Assembly (NCBI GenBank): GCA_963807605.1 | Contig: CAWECG010000001.1 | Location: 512,001 to 576,000 of the forward strand | DNA from: Candidatus Bathyarchaeota archaeon | GTDB lineage: Archaea > Thermoproteota > Bathyarchaeia > 40CM-2-53-6 > RBG-13-38-9 | Reading direction: 5' to 3' | DNA length: 64,000 bases | In this document: positions 1 through 9,895 of the stretch, in pieces | Layout of the letters: every line of letters begins with the position of its first letter | Position numbering within the stretch: position 1 is the stretch's first letter | Position numbers and translations under genes: made by a program | Notes under the pieces: model-generated | Told to the model about the DNA's origin: nothing | What the model saw: only the letters and a program-made list of their open reading frames with translations | The model's database searches: none

Positions 1-2610
1 TGCCCGCGCAGTGCGCTTCTTAAATTGATCTATGGGGCTTCTGGTGAAAGTGATGCAAGGTTTGCTATCGGGACTGTAACGCACTCCGTGCTCGCTGAGC
101 TTGGGCGCGTTGAGGCTACCATTGTAGATGAAACGGATCCCGCCTTGCCTGTCGATGTTGTTGCTCAGCAGGTCTATCAGCAATGGTTGGAGGCCGCAGA
201 GGCCAAGATCGCGGACTCCTGGCGACTCTTCGCAGATGCTCGTATAAGCGTGCGGGAGGGCAAGAACGCTGTTCTTGAGAGGCTCAACGGTTTCTCACGT
301 CACCTAGCCGAAGAGATCCTCGCAGGATATCGTAGGCCGGACAGAATCGTTACTGGTCATCACATTACGAATCTCGATCTACCGCTTCAAGGAATCCCTG
401 ATGAATATAGAGTGTACAGCAATCCGTTGCATATTGAGATTCGCGAATTCAAGAGCTATGGAGGCTCTGCAGTCAGTGAGACGAATAAGTTGCAAGCTTG
501 TGGATATCAGCTTCTGTTGGAACAGATCTATCCTGATGCTGATTTTACAATTAGAGTGCTTTCCACAGACGACATTGTCAATGTCCGAATGACTGACAGC
601 AGACGTAACAAGCTTCATCAAGGTATTGCTGCTTTGCAGGAGATCTACGAGACCGCTCGAGGATCTGCACGACCGATTCCTCAACTTTGCGAAGTCTGTT
701 CAGTCAATAACGCCTGCAAATATTACTTCAATGATAATCTGCCAAAGCATATCAGGAGGTACCTGTGGCGGCTACGGATGGAGACCTTGGAAGACAAAGG
801 ACAAGATCAAGAATGGAGGTGGAGGAGCAAGATTCTCCCTCTAAACGTGAGAGTCGAGTTAGGATACTCTGATGGCGGTTACAGCATATCTGAGAAACAA
901 CCACGCAGCGTCCGCCTCTCGAAGGTTGAACCCGTCAACAACTTCCTACCTGGAGATACAGTAATCGTTAGTGGCGGCGACCCGCTGGCGACACCAAACT
1001 TCACAGGCGAAGTCTCAGATTTGGAGGAGAAGTTCATAACAATCACACCATATGGCGATCTGCCTCTAGGTCTACCCGATGAAGGATTGACAATAGACCA
1101 TTATGATGTCGATCTAACACGCCGTCAGCTCAGATCCATAGACATAGTCCATCGGTCAACCGGTCGAGCTGGTGAACTTGTAAGGCGAATCCTAGGGATT
1201 GAGAGCCCAAGAAGCGCAACGACATCGGGGGTTATTGGTTTTCTTGGAGATCTCAATCAAGAACAACAACAGGCTGTGAGATTATCCATGAATGCCCCGG
1301 ATTTCGCGGTAGTCCTTGGGCCTCCAGGAACAGGTAAGACAGCTGTGATAGTAGAAATACTAGCGCAGCTTGCAAGAGAAGGAAAACGAGCTCTGGCCGT
1401 TTCGGTTACCAACACAGCGGTCGATAATATTGTTGAGAGGCTCCTCGATCAAGGACATAAGTTCGGTATTAGATTCGGAAACTGGTACAAGATCAGAGAG
1501 CGTGCACTTCAAGTTGCTCTGATAAACATAGTCACGAATGAGGAAGATCGTGCACTCGCAGCCGTTGAAAAGATGGGCACTGCAGCGGCAGTCCTGACCA
1601 CCTGCAGTAGCGCTTCGCTGGATCTTGTTAAAGCAGGGCGATTTGACGTAGTTCTATTCGAGGAGTCCAGTCAGATCAGAATGCAAGACGCTTTTGCAGC
1701 ACTTGTCCAAGGTGAAAAGGTAATCATAATAGGTGATGACAAACAGCTTTCCCCTGTCTCCCGACTTCACAAACAAGTGAGCAGCCTTCTCGAGATAGCT
1801 TTAGAGACATTGGAAAGGCATAATCTCAGTCAAGAGCTAGTAACTCAACTTAAGGTTCAATATAGGATGCAGAAACAGATTTGCGAACTTATAAATCGCA
1901 AATTCTATGGGGACACACTCCTATCATCGCCCACCATTGAAAAAAGACCCTCGCTCCCAACGCCAACTCAACTCACTGGCCTGCTGCAACTGGACAATGC
2001 TCTAGATCCAGATATTGCCGTCGCAGTAATCAATGTCGAGGGAATAGAGGAGTACCGTGGGCTTAGCGTCTTGAATCGTGCAAATCTCGAGGTTGATACA
2101 CGCCTTGTCAATTCTCTCAGGTCAGCTGGATTGACTTCGAGTCAGATAGGTTTGATTACCCCCTACAAGGAACAACAGCGACTACTCTCAGCGAATCTTG
2201 CTGATGTAGTCGATATTGGAACTGTTGACAGTTTCCAAGGCCAGGAAAGAGCTGTTGTGATTCTTGATCTTGTGAGGGCTAACCCTGAAAGGAATGTTGG
2301 ATTCACACTTGATCCTAATAGGCTGAACGTCGCTCTAAGTCGCGTGCGTGAGAAACTTATCATTGTAACCAATCTGCCGACCTTTCAGGGTCACGAACAA
2401 TTTGACCAGGTGATGGAGATAATCAGGTCACTGCCAGGCACATGCATGGAAGGAATAACAGCCAGGCAAATTGGAATACAACTACCAGAGTACCGAAGAA
2501 GAATCGAGATGCAAGTCACACCCAGAATGGTAGATGTCGTGAATGAACCAGAAGAGTTGCCTCCAACAGCACCCATTTCCCCAGCAGGAAACTACATCGA
2601 TGTCTACTAA
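1..2610 (+). CDS. Dna2-like protein: N-terminal Cas4/RecB-type Fe-S PD-(D/E)xK nuclease fused to SF1B (Upf1/Dna2) helicase; 5' end outside window
   Basis: Frame is open from base 1 (CPRS..). Nuclease motifs CPR, GTVTH, GIPD, EFK, QACGY and CxxCxxxxxC. Helicase motifs GPPGTGKT, TNTAVDN, EESSQ, GDDKQL, QYRM, TPY, TVDSFQGQE, RLNVALSR. Confidence 0.85.
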   Translation, partial: CPRSALLKLIYGASGESDARFAIGTVTHSVLAELGRVEATIVDETDPALPVDVVAQQVYQQWLEAAEAKIADSWRLFADARISVREGKNAVLERLNGFSRHLAEEILAGYRRPDRIVTGHHITNLDLPLQGIPDEYRVYSNPLHIEIREFKSYGGSAVSETNKLQACGYQLLLEQIYPDADFTIRVLSTDDIVNVRMTDSRRNKLHQGIAALQEIYETARGSARPIPQLCEVCSVNNACKYYFNDNLPKHIRRYLWRLRMETLEDKGQDQEWRWRSKILPLNVRVELGYSDGGYSISEKQPRSVRLSKVEPVNNFLPGDTVIVSGGDPLATPNFTGEVSDLEEKFITITPYGDLPLGLPDEGLTIDHYDVDLTRRQLRSIDIVHRSTGRAGELVRRILGIESPRSATTSGVIGFLGDLNQEQQQAVRLSMNAPDFAVVLGPPGTGKTAVIVEILAQLAREGKRALAVSVTNTAVDNIVERLLDQGHKFGIRFGNWYKIRERALQVALINIVTNEEDRALAAVEKMGTAAAVLTTCSSASLDLVKAGRFDVVLFEESSQIRMQDAFAALVQGEKVIIIGDDKQLSPVSRLHKQVSSLLEIALETLERHNLSQELVTQLKVQYRMQKQICELINRKFYGDTLLSSPTIEKRPSLPTPTQLTGLLQLDNALDPDIAVAVINVEGIEEYRGLSVLNRANLEVDTRLVNSLRSAGLTSSQIGLITPYKEQQRLLSANLADVVDIGTVDSFQGQERAVVILDLVRANPERNVGFTLDPNRLNVALSRVREKLIIVTNLPTFQGHEQFDQVMEIIRSLPGTCMEGITARQIGIQLPEYRRRIEMQVTPRMVDVVNEPEELPPTAPISPAGNYIDVY

Positions 2611-3883
2611 CAGCGCAAAACCTGATTTCAAATTCATCCATCTTGCTGATACACATTTGGGGCTTAATTGGCCCGCGATCGGAAGACACGAAAAGATCCA
2701 GATTCCTGTCTACGGAAAAGCCTTCGCAACGATAGTGGATGCTGCAATAGAGCAGCATGTTGACTTTGTCGTCCACGCGGGAGACCTCGTCGACCGACCT
2801 CGCCCCCCAACAACTGCTTGGAACAGACTCCTCCAAGAACTTCCAAGACTAAAAGAAGCTGAAATTCCCTTTATCATAACGGTTGGATCGCACGATAAAC
2901 CAGAATCGTACTTTGATAGAGCAGGCGGAGACGTCCTTCATCTGCTTGATTCAAGACTGGGTCTGGTGAGAAGGGTTGACACGGATCAGGATCCATTTGT
3001 AAACATCAACACGAAGGGCGGCAAGAAGGTCACAGTCTACGGTCTAGGTGATCATGGTCGAGAACAGGTGGAACACTTACAACAGCTAAGCAAGCACATG
3101 AATGAAGAAAACGATTTTAGCGTTCTTCTCATGCACGGATCAGTATCTTCAATATCGCCAGTAATCGGCCCCATTATCGAGACTGAGACAATTAGCCAAC
3201 TTCTATCCAAGAGATATGTAGACTATGTTGCACTAGGACACAATCACAAGAGATGGGAGCACAAAGACCTGCATATCTATAATCCAGGTTCTCCCGAGTA
3301 CACGAGTTTTGCCGATGCTCCGACAATAACATACGTGATAGATGGAACAACCCTGAAAGAAGATAGCCGAGAGCCAGCCGAACATGGCTACTACCTTGTA
3401 GAGGTTACAGGAGAAATTGTCAAAGCACAATTCAATACGCTGCCAACTAGAGATGTAAAGAATATCCAAGTGAGATTCAACAGGGCTTCACCTTCTCAAG
3501 TGATTGAAGGATCCAAAAAGGCAATCTCCCAGAATATGTCCGATTCAAGTATTATACGCCCTATCCTAAGAGGTACACTACATCCTTCCGCGTCCAGAAG
3601 TGAGATCGACATTCGCGAGATTCTAGCACTCAGGGAGAAAATACTATTCCTCGATTACCCACTAATCGATCTTGACGATGCCCCGGTTAAGATTCAGGCC
3701 GCGGAAGGATCCATTCAGCGGCTTTTCAATCAATATTTAGAATCTAAGCTAGGACAAAATGCTAAAGAAATCTCGGATATCGCGGTGAAGCTTCTAGAAC
3801 TCTACGCCCATAAGAGCAGGACAACGAATCAAGAAGCACTGAGCCTTATTGATGGGTGGCATCCAAATGATAAGAAGGCTTGA
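2600..3883 (+). CDS. mre11: Mre11/SbcD-family metallophosphoesterase nuclease
   Basis: Motifs DTH, GDLVD, GSHD, GHNH, NPGS; ATG at 2600 overlaps the helicase stop; adjacent to rad50. Confidence 0.85.
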   Translation: MSTNSAKPDFKFIHLADTHLGLNWPAIGRHEKIQIPVYGKAFATIVDAAIEQHVDFVVHAGDLVDRPRPPTTAWNRLLQELPRLKEAEIPFIITVGSHDKPESYFDRAGGDVLHLLDSRLGLVRRVDTDQDPFVNINTKGGKKVTVYGLGDHGREQVEHLQQLSKHMNEENDFSVLLMHGSVSSISPVIGPIIETETISQLLSKRYVDYVALGHNHKRWEHKDLHIYNPGSPEYTSFADAPTITYVIDGTTLKEDSREPAEHGYYLVEVTGEIVKAQFNTLPTRDVKNIQVRFNRASPSQVIEGSKKAISQNMSDSSIIRPILRGTLHPSASRSEIDIREILALREKILFLDYPLIDLDDAPVKIQAAEGSIQRLFNQYLESKLGQNAKEISDIAVKLLELYAHKSRTTNQEALSLIDGWHPNDKKA

Positions 3884-5969
3884 GCTGCGCAACTTCGCTA
3901 CACATCAAGATACGGAGATAGAGTTTGGAGGCGGAAAGAACGTCATCATTGGTGCGACAGGCTCAGGCAAGACAAATCTTCTGCAGGCATTGGACTTTGC
4001 CTTCATGGGTGAGGTGCCAGGAGCCAGCTTAGCAGAACTGGTTGCAGATAATTCTGATACAGCAGAAGTGATACTTGATTATGTCGAACCAAGAACAGGC
4101 CAGAACTATAGAATACACCGAATCTTGACTCGCGAAGCGGACGGAAAACTCAGCCATGAGTGCTCGCTGACAAATATCGATACTAACGAAACAGTCAAGA
4201 AACCGATACCTGTTCAGACGATGCTGGAAACACTTGGAGTCGTACCATCCGTATTTAGACATGTTATCCATGTCGCACAAGGAAGCTTCTCTGAGCTACT
4301 CGAAGAGACTCAAGAACGCAAGAATACTATGGATAGACTCTTCGAGATATCACAGCTTGAGATAGCTTATCAAGAACTGGGCCACCAAGGCGGCCCTATA
4401 AACCAGATAGATTTAAGAAAACACGGCAATCTCCAGAAGAAAAGCGGACTTGAAGCAATTGCCTCCACACTAGACAATGAGAGAACACTCCTTGGAAGAC
4501 TACTCAAGGAACGAAACGAAAAACAGTCAAATCTGCACGAAATCACGAAGGAACACGATAGACTCGAACAGACATCCAAAAAGAACTTGGAAACACTATC
4601 AGCACTTCAGCATCTCGAACAAAAAATTAGATTTGCAGGCGCCATCTTTGCAAGTAGCTTGGAACAAGAAAAAAGACTGACCTCAAAACTGCGTCAATTA
4701 CTCGCGGAGGAGATTTGCAACACAATAGAGAAGCAGACATCAACCGAAACCATGGCCTATCTTGGAACTGTCAAAGCAAATCTCAACAAACTACAAGCGG
4801 AAGTCAATTCTCTTAACGAAACCCATAGGCGGATTGTTGAACAGGTCGCCTCCAATCTATCACAAACTAATCTCACCTTAGAAGAGAAGACAAATGCCTC
4901 TAACCAGATAACTGTAATTCAGACATATCTGGAGGGTAAAGGCGAACAGCCGCAAATCGAATGTGACAAATGTGGCAGCCTACTCACCAAGAAACAATGG
5001 GAGAGGCACATCAAGGACAAACAGAAGGAATTGGATAGCCTCAAGAAGAAGATCACTGAACTCCGCGAGAAAAATGAGACAGACAAGAGCCTTGCTGACA
5101 ATTGCCTGAAGAAGCTGGAGGAAACTGACTCCAACGTTAGAAACCTTACGAATGTAGCTCTTTTGTTGGAACAACTTATCACACCACGTAAAGAACTCGA
5201 GAAAGCCTCAGTTTCTCAGACGCAACTAGAGTTAGACAGAGCCAAACTTGTTAATGAATTGAGGATCATGTTGCAAGCCGAACCCACAGCAGCCGATCAA
5301 GAGATCATGGATCAAGCCCTTACGCTTCGGCACAGGATTGAGACATTAACCAGACAAGTTTCCGACTTAACTAACGACTTGCAACGGTATGATGAGAATC
5401 ATCTGAAACCTCAAGAGAAGCGTGTCGCAGACGCACAGGAAGCAGTGGTTCAACTTAGGAAACTCGAACCTGAGATCAAACTAGATGAACAAAGAATATC
5501 ATTGCTGCAGATGATAAGAGCCGCTTTGAGAGAGATCCAACCTGCCGTACGAAGGAACTTCGTCTCAAGGATTACTCAAAGTGCGAATGATTACCTTGCA
5601 CGGCTTTATGGTGGTTCTGAGATACGGAACTTTGAACTTATGGATGACTATGAATTCTTTGTAACGAGGGCAGGATACAGGCGACACGCCAACAGGCTAA
5701 GCGGAGGTCAACAAGTCCTTGCAAGCATGGCATTCCTCCTAGCTCTGAGCGAAGTACTGAGCCAGCTAGATTTCCTCATTCTTGACGAACCAACAACACA
5801 CCTTGACACAAACAGAAGAATAGAGCTTGTAACAGTTCTCGAGAACCTGCGGCGCGTTCCCCAGCTCATAATAGTCGATCATCACCCAGAACTATTTGAG
5901 GCAGCGGACACGCGTTTTCGAATCTCACTTACCCCAGAGGGGCATAGTCAACTAGATCAGCTTAACTAG
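3867..5969 (+). CDS. rad50: Rad50/SbcC ABC-type ATPase with coiled coils and zinc hook
   Basis: Walker A GATGSGKT, Q-loop, central CDKC hook, signature LSGGQ, Walker B LILDEPT, H-switch; overlaps mre11 by 17 bp. Confidence 0.9.
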   Translation: MIRRLELRNFATHQDTEIEFGGGKNVIIGATGSGKTNLLQALDFAFMGEVPGASLAELVADNSDTAEVILDYVEPRTGQNYRIHRILTREADGKLSHECSLTNIDTNETVKKPIPVQTMLETLGVVPSVFRHVIHVAQGSFSELLEETQERKNTMDRLFEISQLEIAYQELGHQGGPINQIDLRKHGNLQKKSGLEAIASTLDNERTLLGRLLKERNEKQSNLHEITKEHDRLEQTSKKNLETLSALQHLEQKIRFAGAIFASSLEQEKRLTSKLRQLLAEEICNTIEKQTSTETMAYLGTVKANLNKLQAEVNSLNETHRRIVEQVASNLSQTNLTLEEKTNASNQITVIQTYLEGKGEQPQIECDKCGSLLTKKQWERHIKDKQKELDSLKKKITELREKNETDKSLADNCLKKLEETDSNVRNLTNVALLLEQLITPRKELEKASVSQTQLELDRAKLVNELRIMLQAEPTAADQEIMDQALTLRHRIETLTRQVSDLTNDLQRYDENHLKPQEKRVADAQEAVVQLRKLEPEIKLDEQRISLLQMIRAALREIQPAVRRNFVSRITQSANDYLARLYGGSEIRNFELMDDYEFFVTRAGYRRHANRLSGGQQVLASMAFLLALSEVLSQLDFLILDEPTTHLDTNRRIELVTVLENLRRVPQLIIVDHHPELFEAADTRFRISLTPEGHSQLDQLN

Positions 5970-5978
5970 CCTAACGTA

Positions 5979-6299
5979 CTATTTTCCCGCGTGCGCAGAA
6001 TGGTGCGGGGAGTGGGATTTGAAGCGAGTACGCCTTAGAGCAAGCATGGTAACTGTGAGCGAGGCCACGAGTGGGAAGATGTATATGGGATACTCTGGAA
6101 TCGGCGTTGAGCCCGCAAACGCATACACCTTACCATCATATGAGCCTACGTATACAACGGTTCCTGAAACAGCAGGAGAAGAATTGACGTTGTTGCCTGT
6201 TGTGTAACTCCATACCTTGGCTCCTGTAGTAGCATTCAACGCATACACATTATCATCCACTGAGCCTACGTACACGATACCTCCTGAAACAGCAGGAGA
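5979..6299 (-). pseudogene. 3' fragment of a PQQ-like beta-propeller surface protein with IPEYP-TM-basic C-terminal anchor
   Basis: Two SPAVxxGxVYVGSxDxxVYA repeats, then IPEYP, a hydrophobic stretch and RRTR. The reading frame loses homology exactly at the (CG)5 run 6300-6309. Confidence 0.75.
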
Positions 6300-6376
6300 C
6301 GCGCGCGCGTTCATGCATCGAAAATACAGCCGAATGTTACCTGACGAGCTATCATGATCACTCCTGTAAGCTAGCG

Positions 6377-6482
6377 GCGAGCGTAGCGAGCCGGTACTAA
6401 AAGAAAGAGAGGGTTTGGGAGATTCTTCTCCCAAATTGAGGGGGGAAGAGATTGTGTTTGTGCTCACCAAGGGGCACACAAC
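6377..6482 (-). repeat. TGGTGAG-box repeat, alpha arm (copy a); inverted partner of 8621-8788
   Basis: GCGAGCGTAGCGAGCC..AGAGAGGGTTTGGGAGATTCTTCTCCCAA..TGTGCTCACCAAGGGGCACACA matches the reverse complement of 8621-8788. Confidence 0.85.
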
Positions 6483-6516
6483 TGTAATGGCTAGCTAAGG
6501 TTAAGGACGTTCGTAA

Positions 6517-7062
6517 CTATGGCAGTCCTGGCTGACTCGGTGGTAAGGCGAATTTTATGAATGGAAAGCCTGTAGCCACATGACAGTTATTGCATCCTTC
6601 TATTCCATTGTTGTATGCTGTCTCGAACTGATTCCAATCCTTCGCGTCTATAGCCTTGTCCAGAGGGTCGAGGTAGGCACTTTCGAAAGCCTTGAGTAAA
6701 GGCGCTCTCCCCGGCCTCGTAGTCTCCCCCACCTCCTGTATCTCCCTAGCTTCTGTCAACTGGTATTTTGCAAGATCCCAATTACCAGCCTTAGCTGCAT
6801 AGTAGATTTCATAATATCTCTGGCCGTACTCGATCATTACAGTGCCCAACCCAGGCTGAAGTTCAGCAATCTGGCCCAATGTCAGATTACCATGCGAAGT
6901 TTTCAACGTAACGTTTTCAGCTCCACTGTAGGGTAGCTGCGAAACTTGAGCAGCTCGAAAGTTCAAGACCAAAGATGTGGTTGCAACTCCGAGAGCCACA
7001 AACGCAATGATTATTGCAACAGCAATACTACGTTGCATAATAGATTGATTTTTCAATGGCAA
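6517..7062 (-). CDS. Membrane-anchored monoheme c-type cytochrome-like protein
   Basis: N-terminal hydrophobic helix, helical body, C-terminal CNNCH heme motif. Confidence 0.6.
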   Translation of the reverse strand: MPLKNQSIMQRSIAVAIIIAFVALGVATTSLVLNFRAAQVSQLPYSGAENVTLKTSHGNLTLGQIAELQPGLGTVMIEYGQRYYEIYYAAKAGNWDLAKYQLTEAREIQEVGETTRPGRAPLLKAFESAYLDPLDKAIDAKDWNQFETAYNNGIEGCNNCHVATGFPFIKFALPPSQPGLP

Positions 7063-7167
7063 ATTTAAGCTTGGTGTGCACTTAACACAGCGTGTGCGCT
7101 AGAAACCATAAACTATCAAACTTTCAACAATTACAGCCATACATTATGTTTGTTGCCTGTGTGTTCT

Positions 7168-7316
7168 GCGAGCGTGGCGAGCAGTCATCATTGGTGGGTT
7201 GTGTGGCCTTATCTGGTGAGCACACACCACACAGCGAAAGCAACCCTCACGGACTTAACAGGACCATGGCTTGATGTATGTGTGGGTCTACTGGTGCGGG
7301 CACTGTAATTGAACCG
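7168..7316 (+). repeat. Two degenerate TGGTGAG-box repeats (copies b, c)
   Basis: GCGAGCGTGGCGAGC (7168), TGTGTGG..CTGGTGAGCACACAC (7200-7227), TGTGTGGGTCTACTGGTGCGGGCACTGTAATTGAACCG (7279-7316). Confidence 0.7.
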
Positions 7317-7367
7317 AATGACGGAAAGCATATTACGAGCACAGGTGTAGGAGGAGTAAGATGTGTC

Positions 7368-7655
7368 ATGAAATTCCTACTACGATTGCATATGCCAACA
7401 GAACACGGAAACAAAATGCTACAAGACCCCAACTTTCCAAAGAAACTAGAAGGCGTCCTCAACCAGATCAAACCTGAGGCAGTATACTTCACCCCAATCG
7501 AAGGCGAACGGGGCATCTACATGATAGTCAACCTGCCCAGCGCCGACATGATCGCAACAATAACCGAACCACTCTGGATGACCTTCAACTGCAAACTAGA
7601 TATTCAACCAGTCATGGAGCTAAAGGACCTACAACTAGGACTGCAAAAGAAGTAA
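7368..7655 (+). CDS. Small conserved hypothetical protein (GYD/DUF3303-like dimeric alpha-beta barrel)
   Basis: GGAGG upstream of ATG 7368; KPEAVYF..GERG pattern; followed by a hairpin and T-tract. Confidence 0.6.
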   Translation: MKFLLRLHMPTEHGNKMLQDPNFPKKLEGVLNQIKPEAVYFTPIEGERGIYMIVNLPSADMIATITEPLWMTFNCKLDIQPVMELKDLQLGLQKK

Positions 7656-7719
7656 ACTTACAGTGGGCTGTGCCCCACTCTCCCCTTTTTCCTTCATCAT
7701 TATTACAAAGACGTCTGTG

Positions 7720-7797
7720 ATTTGAACCGCCGTTTCAGGCGTTTTTCGTGTGTGTGCTCACCAAGGGACACACACAACCTGGTCTAACGGTTCAAAT
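7720..7797. repeat. 78-bp MITE-like unit (copy d) with 10-bp terminal inverted repeats and internal GTGTGTGT/ACACACAC hairpin
   Basis: ATTTGAACCG...GTGTGTGTGCTCACCAAGGGACACACAC...CGGTTCAAAT. Confidence 0.8.
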
Positions 7798-7872
7798 TCT
7801 AAACGCCCTCACCATCTGTTGCACATGTTTTTTTTAAGGAAGTTGCTTGTCCCTATTCTAGGGAAGTCTGCA

Positions 7873-8553
7873 ATGGAACTTGATTTGGATTCATGGGAAC
7901 AACGAGTCGCGAATCCAAAGGCGTTGGGTGATGCAGGGAAGACTCTGTGGAAGAAAATACAACCTGTTCTCAACGACGTTTTGGATGAGATAAAAAAGAA
8001 CGGGAGAATTGAAACAATTTACGTAAAAGCTGAGATGGACAGACTCAGTGGCCCAATCAAAATGCTTGAAGAAATAACCGCAACTTACAACACGGTAATC
8101 CATATCTTTGAGAGACCGCAGGAAGAGCGGTTGCGATTCTTCCAGGCAATCCAACCATTCGGTTTCGAAGAAGCTAGTGTGACCCACATGCATCTAACGT
8201 TGGCGGTAGCGATCACTGTTCTTTCAACAGAACTCTTCAAGCTAGTCCTGCTATTTCATATGAAAGATGTAAGCCCTGATGTCTCAAAATTCAATATCAC
8301 AATGCAAAGTTCTGCTCCCAAAACTTGGCCGCTGCTCAAGCTTTTCGTTGACAATGATTTTCGCAACGCCTTAGCGCACGGTACGTACGCTATTGTCAAC
8401 AAGAAGATTGTCCTCTACAGGGATACAACGCTGATTCCATTTGAGGAAATGGAGCTTCACGAGTTCATGATGAGGAGCAAAGATCAGAATGTGCTGTTTC
8501 ACTGCCTCTTCCATGTCTTAGCGGCTAAGAAAAGATTGGGCTTCTTCACTTGA
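7873..8553 (+). CDS. Hypothetical helical protein with HEPN-like RxxxxH motif
   Basis: 226-aa ORF; FRNALAHG near the C-terminus. Confidence 0.55.
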   Translation: MELDLDSWEQRVANPKALGDAGKTLWKKIQPVLNDVLDEIKKNGRIETIYVKAEMDRLSGPIKMLEEITATYNTVIHIFERPQEERLRFFQAIQPFGFEEASVTHMHLTLAVAITVLSTELFKLVLLFHMKDVSPDVSKFNITMQSSAPKTWPLLKLFVDNDFRNALAHGTYAIVNKKIVLYRDTTLIPFEEMELHEFMMRSKDQNVLFHCLFHVLAAKKRLGFFT

Positions 8554-8596
8554 TCAGTTCGATTAACCAGACTTAGATCCGAAGAATGTGACTTCT

Positions 8597-8788
<192 letters not shown>

Positions 8789-8860
8789 GAGAGATGCACA
8801 CACAACGACGCGCGCGCTAAAGATCTTTAGACATCAAGTAACAGAAAGGTTGTCTTGCGA

Positions 8861-9250
8861 TTATGTTACTTTGATTGATTTTCGTCCTTCCCAGAGACCG
8901 TGTAGGTTGCAGTATTCCACTGCGTAGATCGTGCCACCTTTGTCGAGTTTCAGGTTCAGTCTGATATCTGGTTCACTGTAGACGGGCACAAGGTTCACTG
9001 CCGTTAGGAGAACTGGATTGAATGATCTGGTCTCTTCGTGGAGGTATATCTCAATTCTCCTTATCGAGTGTTCTACTGTGTTGGGGTGGGGACCGACGGT
9101 GATTCGAACTTCGAATGGTTTTCCAGCTGTGATTGTGTCCGGGGCGGTTATTTTGGGGGTGTGTGACTCGACTTTGCTGATTGCTTCACCTGCCGCGGTC
9201 TCAGGCGTGTATATCATTTTACCAAACGCATCCATCTTGTCCTCACTCAT
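8861..9250 (-). CDS. Class II superoxide reductase-like (SORL/desulfoferrodoxin Fe-binding domain) protein
   Basis: ESHTP, HPNTVEHSI and YCNLHGLW motifs. Confidence 0.8.
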   Translation of the reverse strand: MSEDKMDAFGKMIYTPETAAGEAISKVESHTPKITAPDTITAGKPFEVRITVGPHPNTVEHSIRRIEIYLHEETRSFNPVLLTAVNLVPVYSEPDIRLNLKLDKGGTIYAVEYCNLHGLWEGRKSIKVT

Positions 9251-9409
9251 CTCCTATATTTAGTGTCAATCATCTTATGTAAACCTAGCGTGGACTGGCT
9301 AGTGCGCGCTTTCAGCTTTCATTTAGTTCATTTAGACGTACTTTGATACTAAGGCGAGTATGCCTCTGCATTCAATAATTGGGAAGATCCTCTCCTCCAC
9401 ATCAGGGGG

Positions 9410-9706
9410 ATGTCTCCTCTCTCAGAAATCGATTTGGATCTAGTTGACTGGAAGATACTGAAGATAGTTGAGAACGATAGCTCAATCACTGACACAGCAA
9501 TCGCAGGAAAGGCCCGCCTAGATAGAGGCCCTGTATTGGGCAGACTCAAGACTCTTGAAACTCACGGATACCTGAGGCTTCAGTGGATAACAAATGCTGG
9601 TTTGAGAATTTGTGGGGCCTATCTAACGACCAAAGGAATCGAACTATTGTATAAAAGAGATAGGGATTCAGAAAAGACTCGCTTGGAAAGATCTCGTCTA
9701 GACTAA
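9410..9706 (+). CDS. Winged-helix (AsnC/Lrp- or MarR-like HTH) transcription regulator
   Basis: LDLVDWKILKIV..IA...RLKTLETHGYL..LTTKG pattern. Confidence 0.6.
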   Translation: MSPLSEIDLDLVDWKILKIVENDSSITDTAIAGKARLDRGPVLGRLKTLETHGYLRLQWITNAGLRICGAYLTTKGIELLYKRDRDSEKTRLERSRLD

Positions 9707-9765
9707 ATCATGTTCTTGGTGCTCTCTTCTGATCTATCTAGATCAGGGAAAGTGAGAGCATCCAG

Positions 9766-9805
9766 AATTGAACCGTTAGGTATTGGTGTGTGTGCTCACC
9801 AGCTA
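9766..9805 (-). repeat. TGGTGAG-box repeat, beta arm (copy f)
   Basis: Reverse complement reads TAGCTGGTGAGCACACACACCAATACCTAACGGTTCAATT, nearly identical to 56324-56361. Confidence 0.85.
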
Positions 9806-9895
9806 TGGCCAAGACCGAATCGCTGCACCGAAGTATCACACTCAAATACTCATCATTTGATAGGTCTCAATACAATCTAAACGTAGTGATGCTTT

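Noticed and set aside
3867-5969. SMC/Wadjet (JetC) or Lamassu ATPase
   Set aside because: A central CxxC zinc hook and an adjacent Mre11 phosphoesterase indicate Rad50/SbcC; no hinge or kleisin seen.
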